64,000 bases of DNA from Schmidtea nova (GCA_044892505.1 CM097883.1:57722001-57786000), one strand, 5' to 3'. Positions 11,351 through 24,622 are shown, counted from the first letter of the stretch. Numbers and translations: made by a program. The notes: a model not told the origin generated them from the sequence alone.

Positions 11351-11852
11351 AATCGACCTAGAATTATAGCCATTGATGGTAAGAATGAAACAATTCACAA
11401 TTAAAAAAATCGGACATCATCGAGCAATCAATGAATAATATACTAAAATTCATCTTTGTTAATTTAGCATTACATTCGACTTTTTACCCAATGGACGTCG
11501 TGCAACTTGAACATGAGCGCAACCATCCAGAATTGTTTATAGAGTTGTCTTTAATAACCGGGCTGGTAATGAATGAAAAATTACTTGGGTTGGATTTCAT
11601 TGTAATCACGACTTCGCATATATTCTGAAAATTGTAACCGGTGTCAAAGAAAGGACAGATTATTTTCAGGAGTTTTCAGAATTGTCGCAAATGTATTCTC
11701 CGAAAATAATATATCTCAATACATTGGTGTTAGAGGCTTGTGCACAGCACTACGTTCTACAAGAATTCCGAAACACTTTAAAAGCGGAACGACGGAGAAG
11801 TCAACTTCAATCCAGTAGCGATTCGAGATTAACGCGCGAGTCGTATTTTAAA
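11351..11852 (+). pseudogene. CAF1/POP2/CNOT7-like deadenylase pseudogene (intronless, at least 2 frameshifts)
   Basis: Consecutive fragments in three frames: RIIAID, LFIELSLITGLVMNEK, ITWVGFHCNHDFAYILKIVTG, FSELSQMYSPKII and LQEFRNTLKAERRRSQLQSSSDSRLTRESYFK. They are colinear with CAF1 YVAMD, FAELLMTSG, WLSFHSGYDFGYLIKILT and LQEVA...QHQAGSDSLLT..FFK. Confidence 0.75.
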
Positions 11853-12999
11853 TATATTTTTTATTATATTATATTACATAATATTTTATATTTATTTATA
11901 TTATTTGCATTTATATTTATATTTACCTAAAAAATTTCATACAAATTATTTACCCCGTCGCTTTTCAACAGCCAGACCAAATATTACTCCCGCTACCCTA
12001 CCGGATTATCTACCCCAAACTCTGCCTTGGCGCGCTTTAATAACAAAATACGAGAAGTCATCGTCACCACGGATTTACTCTCAGACATCAGCGCCTCTTT
12101 GAAAATCGACGAGACTTCCTTTTACATGTCATTCAACGAGTAGAATAGAAGATTCATAATAGAAGATTCACGAATTTATAAATAAATGACGAGTATAGAT
12201 TTCTAACTAAATTTCCTTAAAACTCTAGTAAATAATCGTAATAGATTTAGAGTAATTATGGAACTAAAACGGGCAATATATCTTCTAACGGTCGTCCTTG
12301 AACTCACCTCGACATTCGGTCAATTATAGTTTCGATTCATTCGATGCTCACATTTTGTGAATATACACCTATATGTTACAATACCAACGTTACACTGTAG
12401 CGAGCTACAAGATGGTTAACTAATCTTTTATGTGATGAGATGTTGGTGTTTAAGCCATGGGAATAGTCAAGGTCATTTGTTACCAGCAACCCACCAACTT
12501 TAACTTTAATTTTATTTTTTTACAAATTACCATCATTTAAAAATTATCAACTAGTAATATGCAAATTATTTTCAAGTTACATTGTACTAATATTTAATTT
12601 TATATTATTCATAAAATTAATTATTTTGCATTAAAATTGAAAATTTATATTGGAATTTAACATGAAAGACATTTTGATTCCAGAGAAATTTTAAATTTTT
12701 ACATGAAAATAATTTTTAATTGATTATTTAATGCATGTTCAATTAAATATTTTTTTTATTTTGGAATTTGTCAATATTTTATGTTAATGATAGTCAGTAA
12801 GCATATATATTTTTATTTATTCATTTGTGTAAAGTTCATAATTTTTAAAATAAAACTAATAAATTGATTTTGTCCAATTTTTTTAAGATTTTATTTATAA
12901 ACTACTTTTAAAAATGTATAAAGCCCGTCAAATGTATAAATCGTTTATTAGAATTTATATGAAATTAGATATTTGTGGCGACGGACGGACGGATAACGC

Positions 13000-13110
13000 A
13001 TCTTTATATTGCATTGTGAGATGATAAAAAACGTTATATGTACTTCATCGATCATCGGTCGATGAATCGCATATGACGTTGGTTATCAACTCACAATGCA
13101 ATATAAAGAT
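13000..13110. repeat. Imperfect ~110-bp palindrome
   Basis: ATCTTTATATTGCATTGTGAG...TTCATCGA / TCGATGAA...CTCACAATGCAATATAAAGAT. Confidence 0.8.
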
Positions 13111-13374
13111 TCATAATTTAGAGATCCTTCAAATATGGATAAGTCAAGTGTCCGGCAGAGGCTAGAAATGAACAAAACTGTATAAATTACATATTAATTC
13201 AAAAAAAGGCTTAAGAATTACGTAAGAATTTCGCGAAGTTTATATTTTTATCAAATTTCAATAGGTTTTTCATATAAAGTTGCTATCTATTTTTCTAAAC
13301 GTAATATTTTAAAAATAATTTTGTTTAAATAATCCTGTTTTTGATAAATTACTAATACTATCAAAAGTACCCAG

Positions 13375-14145
13375 TTACTTCTTTAGGAAAAGGAAAAGAT
13401 TCATTATAAAATATATTCTATTTAAATCTTCAAATTTTGTTCTCTTGTTGTTGTACTTCGTTATGATATCTCTACCGATTATTAGATTGATAATATCTGG
13501 TCTATAAACTGACATGAAACTGTTTTCATTGAGAACACGGTTTAACTTTTCACGGTGCAACAAAGTTGATGCTGTTCTATTCTCGTTTGTTCGTCTTATA
13601 ATTGCAGTAGAATATTCTTCTAATATCTCAAAATTGTCCATTTTTAGAAAGCTCGGTACAACTCTAATCTCTCCACTTTCAAAGTTTGAGCATATAAAAA
13701 CTGTCTACTGATATTTCCTTGTCCTGTAAATATCTGAATATTGTTAAAGACAATATTGATCATTTGGAAGTATTTTTTGGAATTCTTAAAAATTGTAGTT
13801 GGCAATTGTATGGATATTTCAACATTGTTGATTGTAAAGTTTTCAGCATCTTAGCCTAGGTGCCATTTGGATGTAATAAAGAGTCGTTTTCCGCCAAAAC
13901 AAAAATGTTGACCTATTGGTTTTACTGTTAACAAGAGCCAATAGTAACTCCAGTTTAGTATGAATGTTTTTGTTTTCCATTACTACATCGTACATGTGAA
14001 ATGGACTATCGACTTTTATGTTAAAATTAGCGTAGTTTAATTTCAGGTTCACTACTCTTCCATAATTCCTGACTTCATCGGTAATTGTATGGGGTTGTAG
14101 AGCATATTCGATAATTGCAAATTCTCTTTGGAGTGTGTTGGGCAT
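13375..14145 (-). other. Unidentified disrupted coding-like region
   Basis: Three successive complex open segments on the minus strand (MPNTLQ..., DAENFTINNVEISIQLP..., MDNFEIL...) separated by frameshifts or stops. Confidence 0.3.
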
Positions 14146-14289
14146 GATGATATTTTGAGAAGAAAATGTGGTTCATTTTGGTTATTTAAACAACTTAAAA
14201 AAACTTATTTAATTAATTAATTCTTTAACTAAATTAATGTCAATATTAAATTGGAATGTCTGAGGCCCTACAATAGCTCCCGTTGAAGT

Positions 14290-16260
14290 ACGCGGGACGT
14301 CTTTATGCACTGAAAAAGGATATTTGCTGTTGAAAGAGTTACTGAAGGTCATAATAGGAAAGATATTGAGAGATTTTACGTGCTCGTCTCGAAGGGAATG
14401 GAAGATTGTTTTGAAGACGTCAGATAATAGGTGTGTTTGTAAGGGTCGTCAGTTGTTCCGTGTTTTCTAGAATGTCTTCAGCAATAACATCCTCTTTTGT
14501 AATATGATTAATTGGCGCTTCGTCATGCTCGAGGGTACAAACGGATGGTTTTAATCTTGATAGGTTGACCAAAACGTGGTTGTTGTCAATTTCAAGTTTC
14601 GTTGTGTTTTTGTACAGTTCAATGATGCGGAATGGAACTTTGTATTTAGGTTTGAGGTTTGATGAGTAGATTCTTTTCATCCATGTGTGAGTTGCAGAGG
14701 AAAGCGACTGTGGTATATACGGTTTGTATGATGTAGAGTATGTGATGGACGGATTTGTGTCGATACTCAAAAGATGTTTGCACATAAGGTTGATCTCTTC
14801 TAGTGGTGAATCGTTATAGAGGTCAATGAGTTCGTTAGGCATGAAAGTGTTGGATGCAAACAAAAGTTGTGAAAGTGACAAGCCACTTGAGCGATTTGGT
14901 GTGTTGTGCTATACTAATAAAACGAATGGTAAAGTTTTGACCCATGACCTTGACGCTGAGATAATTCTGAGAGACGATTTCAAGGTTCGGTGAGAGCGTT
15001 TAACAAGACCATTTGTTTGCGGGTGATAGGAGCTTTTGAGTAAATGTTTTATGCCGAAACTGTTAGTAAGATCATCAACAAGATCCAATTCGAATTGTGT
15101 CCCTTGGTCGGTGATTATAGCGGTTGGGATTTTATAACGGGAAAACCAAGTGGATGTTAAGGCGTGTGCAACCATTTTTGCGGTGATGTCGGAAATCGTA
15201 ACGGCCTCAAACCAGAGTGTTTTTCGATCGATCATTGTCAGTATGTAACAGAGTCCGTCGTCTGCGGAGAGTTTGCCCACTAGGTCGATGTGGAGTATGT
15301 CGAATCTTGAACCCGTCGGGAATGGGGCGATTGTTGGTTTAGTATATATGTTAACTTTGCGTTGTAGGCAGCCTGTACATTCAGACACTCACTTTTTTAC
15401 GTCTTTGAATAATTAGAACAGGGTGACTTTCTGTCGCATAAGGTTGTTTGTGGACTAAATTCATGGGTGGTGTAGGTCATGAATCCCAAATAATGCTTCA
15501 TTTCTGAGTGACTAGTGTGGAATTGGTCTGAGAGTGTTTTTATACATTGTATCGTAATGTATACCGTCTATTATCTCAAGCGAGTCTTTGAAGCGTACGA
15601 GATCTTCTGAGGTTGATGGAGTTGAAAGAAGAGTATCTTGAGTAAAGACCGGAGTAGATGTTATAGATGCTGAAATGTTTCTAGAAAGGTAGATATGTTA
15701 TCTGACGATGTTTTTCTGTTCGATGGTTCTTTCGTGACGAGGCAGTGGATGAGAGGTTTGTGGTCGGTGAAGAACGTGAATTGCATTCCTTCTAAAATGT
15801 GACTGAATTGTTTGACAGCTAGAAAAATGACAAGTAAATCTCTTTCGAATGCGCTGTACTTTGACTCTGCCGATGAAGATCTTCTTGAAAATTCTTCTAT
15901 TGGTAGTGAGAGATTGTCTTTAATTTGGTTAAGGACTGCGCCTATAGCAATGATGGATGCGTCTGTTGTGAGGGTGAATGAAAGATCATGACGCGGGTAG
16001 TGAAGAGTGTTAATCCTAGCTATAGCGTCTTTGATTTTGTTGAATGAGTCACGTGTTGTATCAGACCAATTGATGATGGAATTATTTTTTCCTGTGTTCA
16101 GTGCTGAAATTCCTGATAGATATATTGCCAAAATGAAATACCCTACTCCTCCCAAAAGCTCATATAGCTCCAAATGATTGCCTGAACCGATTGCTAATGT
16201 CCGATTCCGTGGATACCCAATTATATACCCACTATAGGAAAAATCCAAGGTTGACAGACA
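14290..16260 (-). mobile_element. Degenerate Ty3/Gypsy pol relic (RT end, RNase H, integrase)
   Basis: RNase H: LTTDASIIAIGAVL, KYSAFERDLL, FTDHKPL. Integrase: HIDLVG, LTMIDRKT, ITDQGTQFE, SYHPQTNGLV. Frameshifts and deletions are present. Confidence 0.9.
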
Positions 16261-17050
16261 GCGGAGCTAGTTATTTTGGGAAGAACTGGAATAATTTTTG
16301 TCTTGTGATTCATTTGATATAATTAATCTGTTTTATGACGGGCAACTTAATTGCCTTATTTTAATATAATTCGTAAACAGACGGAAATATTTCGACTTTT
16401 ATCTTTTTAAAAATTTAATTTTGATACCAAATATCAAAGGATTAGTGATAAAATATAAAAGGCATTAACGATGAAATTTGTATTGGTATAAAAAAAGAGT
16501 AGTTTTATATGCCCAGAGCTCGATGTTGAGTTGTATGTACCAAACGGGTGTAAAGTATTTTATACCAAAACTAACATAAAATTAATAAAATATAATCAAA
16601 AAATAATACTTTTAGAACTATCTTAAAAAAACCGTTTTTAAAAATTTTATAAATTCGATGATATCTAAATTAAAAATAAAAAATTTTAAATTTCTCAATA
16701 TAATGTAATTTTCTTTTTTATTTCATTTTATACTTTAGTAATCTCAAATAAATTATATAAATAACTTTAAAAATTGTTATTTTTAAAAATTTTGATGTTT
16801 ATTCTTGGTCCAAAAGCTCAATGTGGTGCGCTGGAAGTATGTAATCTTTATAAACTCAAACTAGGCCTGGATAACCGAAAATGCCCCTAGGATCGCACTG
16901 ACAACCCAAAAGTTTCCAAGAACCGCACATAATGAATAATTACATAAGAATTCTTACATAAGATTAATGGCAAATAAAATAAAAGAAAAAAAATTAACAA
17001 TCATAGGAATAATAAAATGAATAAAAAATAATTAAAGTGTTTTATTCAGA

Positions 17051-17189
17051 ATGAAAAAATTTGAAACCGATAGCTTGGAAGGTCTCTTGAAAATTGTCAA
17101 AAAGCACAAAAAAAAGCGAATTTTCGTATTATTTACAGGGAACATGAATTCTGAAACCGGTCAAAGTTGGTGTCCCGATTGCGTCAATG
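17051..17189 (+). CDS. TXNDC17: Thioredoxin domain-containing protein 17 (TRP14), exon 1
   Basis: MKKF...IFVLFTGNMNSETGQSWCPDCVN followed by a GT donor at 17190. The WCPDC active site is diagnostic. Confidence 0.92.
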
Positions 17190-17322
17190 GTAAATAAATT
17201 TCTAATTCTAAAGAAAACTTAGATAAAATAAATTTTTCAATTTTCACGAATTAAACAATAAATAATTAATATTTAAGTTTTTGATGATGCCAAAATTAAA
17301 ATTTTATTTTACGTTATATATA

Positions 17323-17815
17323 TGTTACAGTTAAACCATCAACTTAGTCAATGTATACACCTATTAGTTAAAGTACGCTTTAAGTTAAATAATCAGAGAA
17401 AGCATACACAAATGGATTTATGAATACTTCTAATAGTTAGTGTATACACCTTCTACTTTAGATTAGTAAAAGTATTTTAATGATTTGTTTATGATCTACT
17501 GTCATATATGATGGATATTTTTACAATTTAAATTAGTGTTTACTTCATAATCTTTTTCGTAAATTTCGTAAGATTTCTATTTGTAGTAGACACAACAAGC
17601 ACAAGTCTTTAAAATTTTGAGGTTAGAATCTTTCAATTAATACTATCACCAATGCGAATCAATGTGTGTATACACTCACTAGTTAATGAATGCATTTACT
17701 AGATATCGTATGTATTATTTGAAATAATGTATACTTTTACTTAAACAACAAGTGAAAGCATGCATTAACTAGTTAGTGTATACACTCGCTGCAATTTATG
17801 CTTTAACTGTAACAC
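17323..17815. mobile_element. MITE-like element in TXNDC17 intron 1
   Basis: Terminal inverted repeats TGTTACAGTTAAACCAT / ATGCTTTAACTGTAACA; internal GTGTATACAC repeats. Confidence 0.55.
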
Positions 17816-18634
17816 ACACACACATATATATAATGAAAGGGTTTTAGTTTTTCTCAGTGAGGTTTTTGAAAAAGAAATTGCTCTATTTCTTTATTGAGTG
17901 AGAAAATGCTAGACAAAGTTTAATTTCGAAGCATTATAATGTTTCTGATTTTGAAGAAAACTAGTAGCCATGAAATTATTGACCAAATGCAGGATGTTTA
18001 CAAGAGTAAAATCCCTCTTCAAAAAGCGATTTACAGCTGGATTCCTAATTTTCAAAATTGGCACACTGCTGTTTTTGATATGGAAAAGCTAAGCAGATCT
18101 GTGTAGAATAGAAATGAGAAGAAAGTAATAGTGGAGAAAATCACCATGACAGAACGGTGGATTATAAAAAGAGGCCTAAGGAAACGTCCTATCATCTCTA
18201 GAAGTATGTTGCATAACTTGCTGAATGAAATTTGCATAAAATTGTGTCCAAGATTTGTGCCATTAGTTTTATACGGGTGACATGCAACAAAGGCGATATA
18301 GGTGTTGTAAAATATTTGAAAAACCTTGTGATATCTATTTTCTCAAACAAATAATCGCTGANNNNNNNNNNNNNNNNNNNNNNNNNNNNNNNNNNNNNNN
18401 NNNNNNNNNNNNNNNNNNNNNNNNNNNNNNNNNNNNNNNNNNNNNNNNNNNNNNNNNNNNNNNNNNNNNNNNNNNNNNNNNNNNNNNNNNNNNNNNNNNN
18501 NNNNNNNNNNNNNNNNTTGATAGTAATTTATTTATTTATATGTTGATGTTAGTAATGAGTATGTTTGTTGTGGAGGAAATTGTCGAACCCAACATAGTTT
18601 CCGGTGAAAATGTGTCGGAAAAATTTAACTATAA

Positions 18635-18900
18635 ACTTTATTTAATGTCAAAGAAAAAAACACTACTCACCAAATAGGCTTATTTAATTTTCAGCTGCCT
18701 CTTTGATTTTTCTTATCTTCTATCAATATTCTAGATGGGAAAGAAAATAGATAATTGTGGTTCTGGCTTTGGTGATGTTTTTTAGCTTCTATTCCTTTAG
18801 ATTTATTTCCTTAGTAAGAAAACTTTTATTCTTGGATTTCTTTTTAGTTTGTTTCCAACTTTCTATTGTTTCTATAGTTATTTTAGTATTTCTTTATTTT
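18635..18900 (-). repeat. Dispersed ~270-bp repeat, second copy at ~21015-21290
   Basis: Near-identical text AACTTTATTTAATGTCAAAG...CAGCTGCCTCTTTGA...GTGGTTCTGGCTTTGGTG...CTTGGATTTC at both positions; possibly a retroelement 3' end. Confidence 0.8.
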
Positions 18901-19479
18901 CTGCCGTTTTCAATTGCTTTCTATAGTAATTAATTTATCATTATTTACTATTCATTTTTTGAATTGCAATTATAATTAGCAATTTTTGTAAATAGATAAA
19001 AAATAAATAAAGGGGGGGGGTTACCCTGTCTCCGACAGGAANNNNNNNNNNNNNNNNNNNNNNNNNNNNNNNNNNNNNNNNNNNNNNNNNNNNNNNNNNN
19101 NNNNNNNNNNNNNNNNNNNNNNNNNNNNNNNNNNNNNNNNNNNNNNNNNNNNNNNNNNNNNNNNNNNNNNNNNNNNNNNNNNNNNNNNNNNNNNNNNNNN
19201 NNNNNNNNNNNNNNNNNNNNNNNNNNNNNNNNNNNNNNNNNNNNNNNNTACATAACTTCCCTCTTTAAAACCGGAGGTTAACAAAAAAACCAAATTTACA
19301 TATTTTACAGATATACAAATTTGTGTTGAGTTTCTTTTGTTAATTATTTTTGTTTTGTGTTTTTACAATTCACTAAAAAATATAAAAATTGTACAAATAA
19401 ACTTTGTTGTGCACATGTGATGTTTTTATTTGAGGCAGTCACTATAACGTTTTTTGTATTCTGGTATGATTGCTGTGTT

Positions 19480-20930
19480 TTTGTTGAGAGGTTGTAAGAG
19501 TCTTTTGCTAGGTTGTTTTTCGTTGTTAGAGGAGTTTTAATCTGAGTATGTTTATTCTGACTTTTTTGTTTTTAATTAGTAATGTACCCACGTTTCTATT
19601 CATTTCAAGTAGTGTTTAAGGGCCTTCGTACTTTGATTCGAAACCACTGGTAAAAGGTTTCTTTATTAGTACCATATCGACGAGGAAATTTGTTTTTGAT
19701 TGTTTGGGTTCATTATCCTTGTTTCTAGGTACTTCTTTTGTTTCGTTTTAATTTGCTTTTTCTTTGGTGTTGGAACTTTTTTCTGTTTTCTCAAAGTTTT
19801 TATAAGATTTGGTAAGTTTGTTCAGTGCTCAAAAGTTAGTTGGCTGGGGCTTTTGTTGTTTATTGTTGAAGGATTGTTTCTTAGTACGATTAAAATTTCT
19901 GGGAGTTTTCCTAACCAGTTACTGTCGCTGGCTTTGTTTCTGATCGCTTGTTTTAAAGATTTGTGTAGTCTTTCTACTTTGCCATTTGATTGTGGGTTGT
20001 ATGCTGTTGTTCTAATTCTTTTAATTTTATATTTTGAGCACAGTACTTTGAATAAATCTAATTTGAATTGTCTGCCTTGATCTCTGATGATTATTTTTGG
20101 ACATCCATATCTTGAAAACTAGTTTAGTTGGATGTTTTCGCAGACTGTCTTGGTAGTAATCTTTTTTCGATAGGTATTACTTCGAACCAGTTTGTTTTTC
20201 GGTCAATCATTGTTAACATGTATTTTTATTTGTCATTGGGTGGAAGTGGTCCTACTAGATCCACGTGAACTGTCTCGAATTGTTCGTATGTTTGAAATTT
20301 TAGTTTTGCTGTTTTGAATCTTTTTGTTGATTTGTTTTTTTGGCAGTTTAAACATGAGTTGACAGATTCTTTGATCTCTTTTCTCATGTTTGGTATTATA
20401 ACTTTTGTGTGCATGGGTTCTTATGTGGCTTTTGTTCCCGAGTGGTATATGTTGTGGAACTGTTTGATAAGTTTCTTTTCTGTGTTCTTCAGGCACTATT
20501 AGTATTTTGTGTTTTCGTTGGATATATCGTGCAAGATTCCATCAATGTCTTTTAGAACTAGTGAATTGAGTTTTGGGCAGTTTTTTATTGTTTTTTATTG
20601 TTTGTTTTCATGATTTCTTGGTTCACTATCAGGATCATGCTTATTGCGTTTATTTCTGTTTTGATTCGTGAAAGGGTGTCTGCTCAAATGTTTGCTGCGC
20701 CTGCTATGCATTTTATTTCACAATCGAATTGTGAAATGTAGTTTATTTGTCTTATTTGTCTTGGTGACGGCAATTTCATGTTGATTGCGTTCGTTAGTGG
20801 TTTGTGGAGTGTATAAACTTCTATTATTTCCCTTCAAAGAGGTATTGAAAGTGTTTTATTGTGTCGTGTACTGCCAACAATTCCCTGTCGAAAGTGAAAT
20901 ATCGCATTTGGTGTGCTTTAGAGAAAAATA
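19480..20930 (-). mobile_element. Second degenerate Gypsy pol relic (RNase H, integrase)
   Basis: Reverse-strand translation gives FDRELLAVHDTIKHF, IAGAANI*ADTLSR, HVDLVGPLP, LTMIDRKT, DQGRQF and TTAYNPQSNGKVER. Confidence 0.9.
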
Positions 20931-20959
20931 TTTTAGAGAAAAATGCAATTGGTAGCAAT

Positions 20960-20999
<40 letters not shown>

Positions 21000-21438
21000 C
21001 AACAAAATTTAATCATAAACTTTATTTAATGTCAAAGAAAAAAATACCACTCACGAAATAGGCTTATTTCATTTTCAGCTGCCTCTTTGATTTTTCTTAT
21101 CTTATATCAATATTCTAGATGGGAAAGAAAATAGATAATTGTGGTTCTGGCTTTGGTGATGTTTTTTTAGTTTCTATTCCTTTAGATTTATTTCCTTAGT
21201 AAGAAAACCTTTATTCTTGGATTTCTTTTTGGCTTGTTTCCAATTTTCTATTTTTTCTAAAGTTATTTTAGTATTTTTTTGTTTTCTTTGTTTTAATTGT
21301 TTTCTATANNNNNNNNNNNNNNNNNNNNNNNNNNNNNNNNNNNNNNNNNNNNNNNNNNNNNNNNNNNNNNNNNNNNNNNNNNNNNNNNNNNNNNNNNNNN
21401 NNNNNNNNNNNNNNNNNNNNNNNNNNNNNNNNNNNNNN

Positions 21439-21645
21439 TCACCTTTGATCTTTTTAATTATTAATATCAATAATTCCCATAATGGATGACTATAGATCAA
21501 AATTTTTTTAAATAAGTACACAAAATTTCGTAACAGCCTTTATCAAGTGTACACACTTGATAAAGGCTGTGCCGAAATATTGTGTACTTATTTAAAGAAA
21601 GTTTGATCTATAGTTATCCATTATGGAAATTATTGATATTAATAA
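21439..21645. repeat. Hairpin repeat family A copy
   Basis: Same leader and arms; centre TTTATCAAGTGTACACACTTGATAAAGG. Confidence 0.9.
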
Positions 21646-21659
21646 TATAATAATGGAAG

Positions 21660-22125
21660 ATATATAAGGGGAAATCATTACTGAAAATGAGAACTGGTTA
21701 ATCTCACAAAAATTAACTAATGCTCACAATTTTTTGCGACATGAGAGCTTTCTCAAAATTGATTTCACTGTATCAGATATCAATATCAACAACGACTATT
21801 ATGTAAAACTGGTAAAGGAAGCAAATTTCTTTTCACTGGTGCCTCAGTCACCATACAGTCCGGATCTTGCCCCTAATGATTTTCACCTCTTTTGACAACT
21901 TGAATAATGATTTTGCGAGAAAAAGTCTTTAATTGTGCCAGTGATTTGCTGACTTCATACACCAAAACCTTCTTTAAAATAACATGATGAGAAAAATGCG
22001 TGGAATTTAGTGGAGTGTAAATTGAAAAATAAACTTTTACATGCTGCTTGTTTGTTGCTGAAAATTTGAATAAAATTGGCTTTTTATTCCTTGTCGAGTC
22101 TAAGTACTTATTGGGCTCCCCACGT
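21660..22125 (+). pseudogene. Mariner transposase relic
   Basis: PQSPYSPDLAPNDFHLF motif; TIR-like end ACTTATTGGGCTCCCCACGTA similar to that at 44320-44340. Confidence 0.7.
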
Positions 22126-23276
22126 AAGTCGGTGTTTCAAAATGAAAATGAAATTTCTTCTGTGACAACTGATCATGTTGTTTTGTTCTTGAACTTGGTC
22201 ACAAATTGTAAGAAAGACGAAAAGGATAATAAATGACATCAAATCAGCGGTCCAGTATTTGGAAATTTATTGAGGTGATTATTATTTAATTGTTTAAGGT
22301 CTCGATACTCGGCGGTAGTTGAAATCAAATTATTTAATTTTTTTAAAACATTAAAATTGCAAAATTTTTTATTTGACTTTTTTTGGGAGCTATTATTTAT
22401 TTATTTGTTTATAAAAGAACACAGGAATTAATGGTAAAAAACCGACTTTTTAATTACTAATTGTTGTTGGCATTTTGAGTAGGCTATTGAGGCGGATATT
22501 GTACAATTCTCAAGTATTTTATAATTAAAAGTCGCTGTAATTTTGACAGAAATCAAAATGGTTTGTCGAACTCATTACCCCTGTTTAACTTCATCGAGTC
22601 TATCTTTCCCATTTTCTGTTTTTTACAGGATATCATAGATCCCTAAATGTCTCTAAAGTGTGTAACATAAAGTATGCTCAAATACATTAAATCCTCCCAA
22701 TTATTTCATTACGGATGCGCAGTCCTTTAAAAAGCAAATTATATGTTGAATTAATGATAAAGTAAATAATGTGTCGCTTGTTTTGTTTATTATTTGCAAT
22801 ATTTTTGATTTTATATTTTTATTCGGAATCCCATGCGTAATCCAGGTATATTCTAATTACCGTTTTCTTTTATGCGGTATTCCGGAAAAGAAACCTTATT
22901 TAATTTTAAAGACCTCTTATTTTATGTCGTATGTAGAAAACAATTACAACTATTAAAAGACATAGTAAAAAACATTTCATCATACTTTAGAAAATATCTA
23001 GTTAAAATAATAATATTAAAATAGTATTTTAAAAATTTTTTATTAATAATACTATTTAAATGCAAAACATACTTGGATAAAGTTATGACGTTTCGAACTT
23101 AGAAAGGCAATCTATTTAAAAAAATATTTTTAAAAAATTTTAAAAAAAATTTTAAAAAATTTCCTAAAATTTCTTGGTCTTCTAATTTTCTTTCGAACTC
23201 AATTAAAGAATTTGCAAAGCTTCAAAAAATCATTAAAAAATTTTATAAATGTTTTATTAAAAAGTCTTTTTTTCAG

Positions 23277-23358
23277 CAAGCCCAGTGATCGAGCGGATGA
23301 TTGGTAAATTTCCAGATGGTGCCGTATTTGTTACAGTTCTTGTTGGAAATCGAGAACA
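23277..23358 (+). CDS. TXNDC17: TXNDC17 exon 2
   Basis: TTTTCAG acceptor, (A)SPVIERMIGKFPDGAVFVTVLVGNRE, GTGAG donor; phase 1 matches exon 1. Confidence 0.88.
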
Positions 23359-24202
23359 GTGAGAAAAGTTATTTTAAAATTATTTTCACATGCAATTATT
23401 TAGCAGAAATTTGTGAAAATAATTGAAAACGCGTTTTTTTATTTACAATGAGTTATGTAAATAGCATTTGTCTAGTTGAATAATTTGTGGAAATTTGAGA
23501 ACGATCTTACTTATCAATTTCTATCATATATTATACATAAACTTTATTCATTTTATATGATCAAGCTTTTTTTATGGAAGTTCCAATGACAAATGATACA
23601 TTAGACCAATGAGGTCAATAAAGGTTTATAATTTTCGTTGTTTTACTTCTTCATTTAAATTTAATTGACCAAGAGGACATTTTTAATGGAGAACTCATTT
23701 AATTTTTAAGACTAGATCAAAAAGAATAAAATAAAGGTGAACAAAGTACAAGTTGTTAATGATCGTTTTTATAACTTTTTGCAAGTTATTAGTGATAAAT
23801 GAATACAACCAGCTTAATATTGCTGCATTAAAACAAAGAAAGTATGAAATATGAATCTAAAATACAGAAGATTATTTTAATTATGATATGATACAATTGA
23901 AGCTCCTTAGGAACTAACCATTCAGATAATTATATGACCCTTTTTTCAAATGGGCATTCATCGTATAATTTTACAATCTCTTTCGAACACTTGACCTCCA
24001 TATTGAATCTTGAAATATAATTTGCTTTGTAAAAAATTATGAAACGTTAAGAATCATATACTTTATTTATCATATACTCTTTATAATAAATAGATAAAAA
24101 TAATATATTTTATTTATAATAATAATATTATTTTGATATTATTTTAAAATTAAAATTTTCACTTAATAAAAATTGTATTAAAGCTTATCTTGTCATTTTC
24201 AA

Positions 24203-24204
<2 letters not shown>

Positions 24205-24279
<75 letters not shown>
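24205..24279. repeat. (TAA)n microsatellite
   Basis: Directly visible. Confidence 0.95.
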
Positions 24280-24622
24280 TATAGAAAAACGCCAACTCAG
24301 TAAATTCAACATAAACGCGATATATTTCGATTGTATAACAATCTTCGTCAGGCAGCAATCAGGACAATCAATAATAAAATAGAAAATATGCTAAATTTAA
24401 ACAAATTAATCAATAATAATCATCTCCAAACTATATCAAAATTTTAATTTAAAAATTTAAATTTTTAGTATAGAGATTATTATTATTGATTAATTTGTTT
24501 AAATTTAGCATATTTTCTATTTTATTATTGATTGTCCTGATTGCTGCCTGAGAAGATTGTTATACAATCGAAATATATCGCGTTTATGTTGAATTTACTG
24601 AGTTGGCGTTTTTCTATAATTA
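24276..24622. repeat. ~350-bp palindrome (two ~140-bp arms, ~60-bp spacer) in TXNDC17 intron 2
   Basis: 24276-24420 is the reverse complement of ~24476-24622 except for a 1-nt difference in the hammerhead core. Confidence 0.9.
24316..24354 (-). ncRNA. Putative minimal type-I hammerhead ribozyme (Penelope-type)
   Basis: Minus strand reads GC-CUGACGA-A-GAUUGU-UAU-ACAAUC-GAAA-UAUA-UC-GC: conserved core, 6-bp stem II, palindromic AUAUAU stem III, only ~3-bp stem I. Confidence 0.5.

Noticed and set aside
11950-12150. Possible LINE 3' fragment (NTRSHRHHGF...)
   Set aside because: Only a faint TRGH-like resemblance; not supportable without a search.
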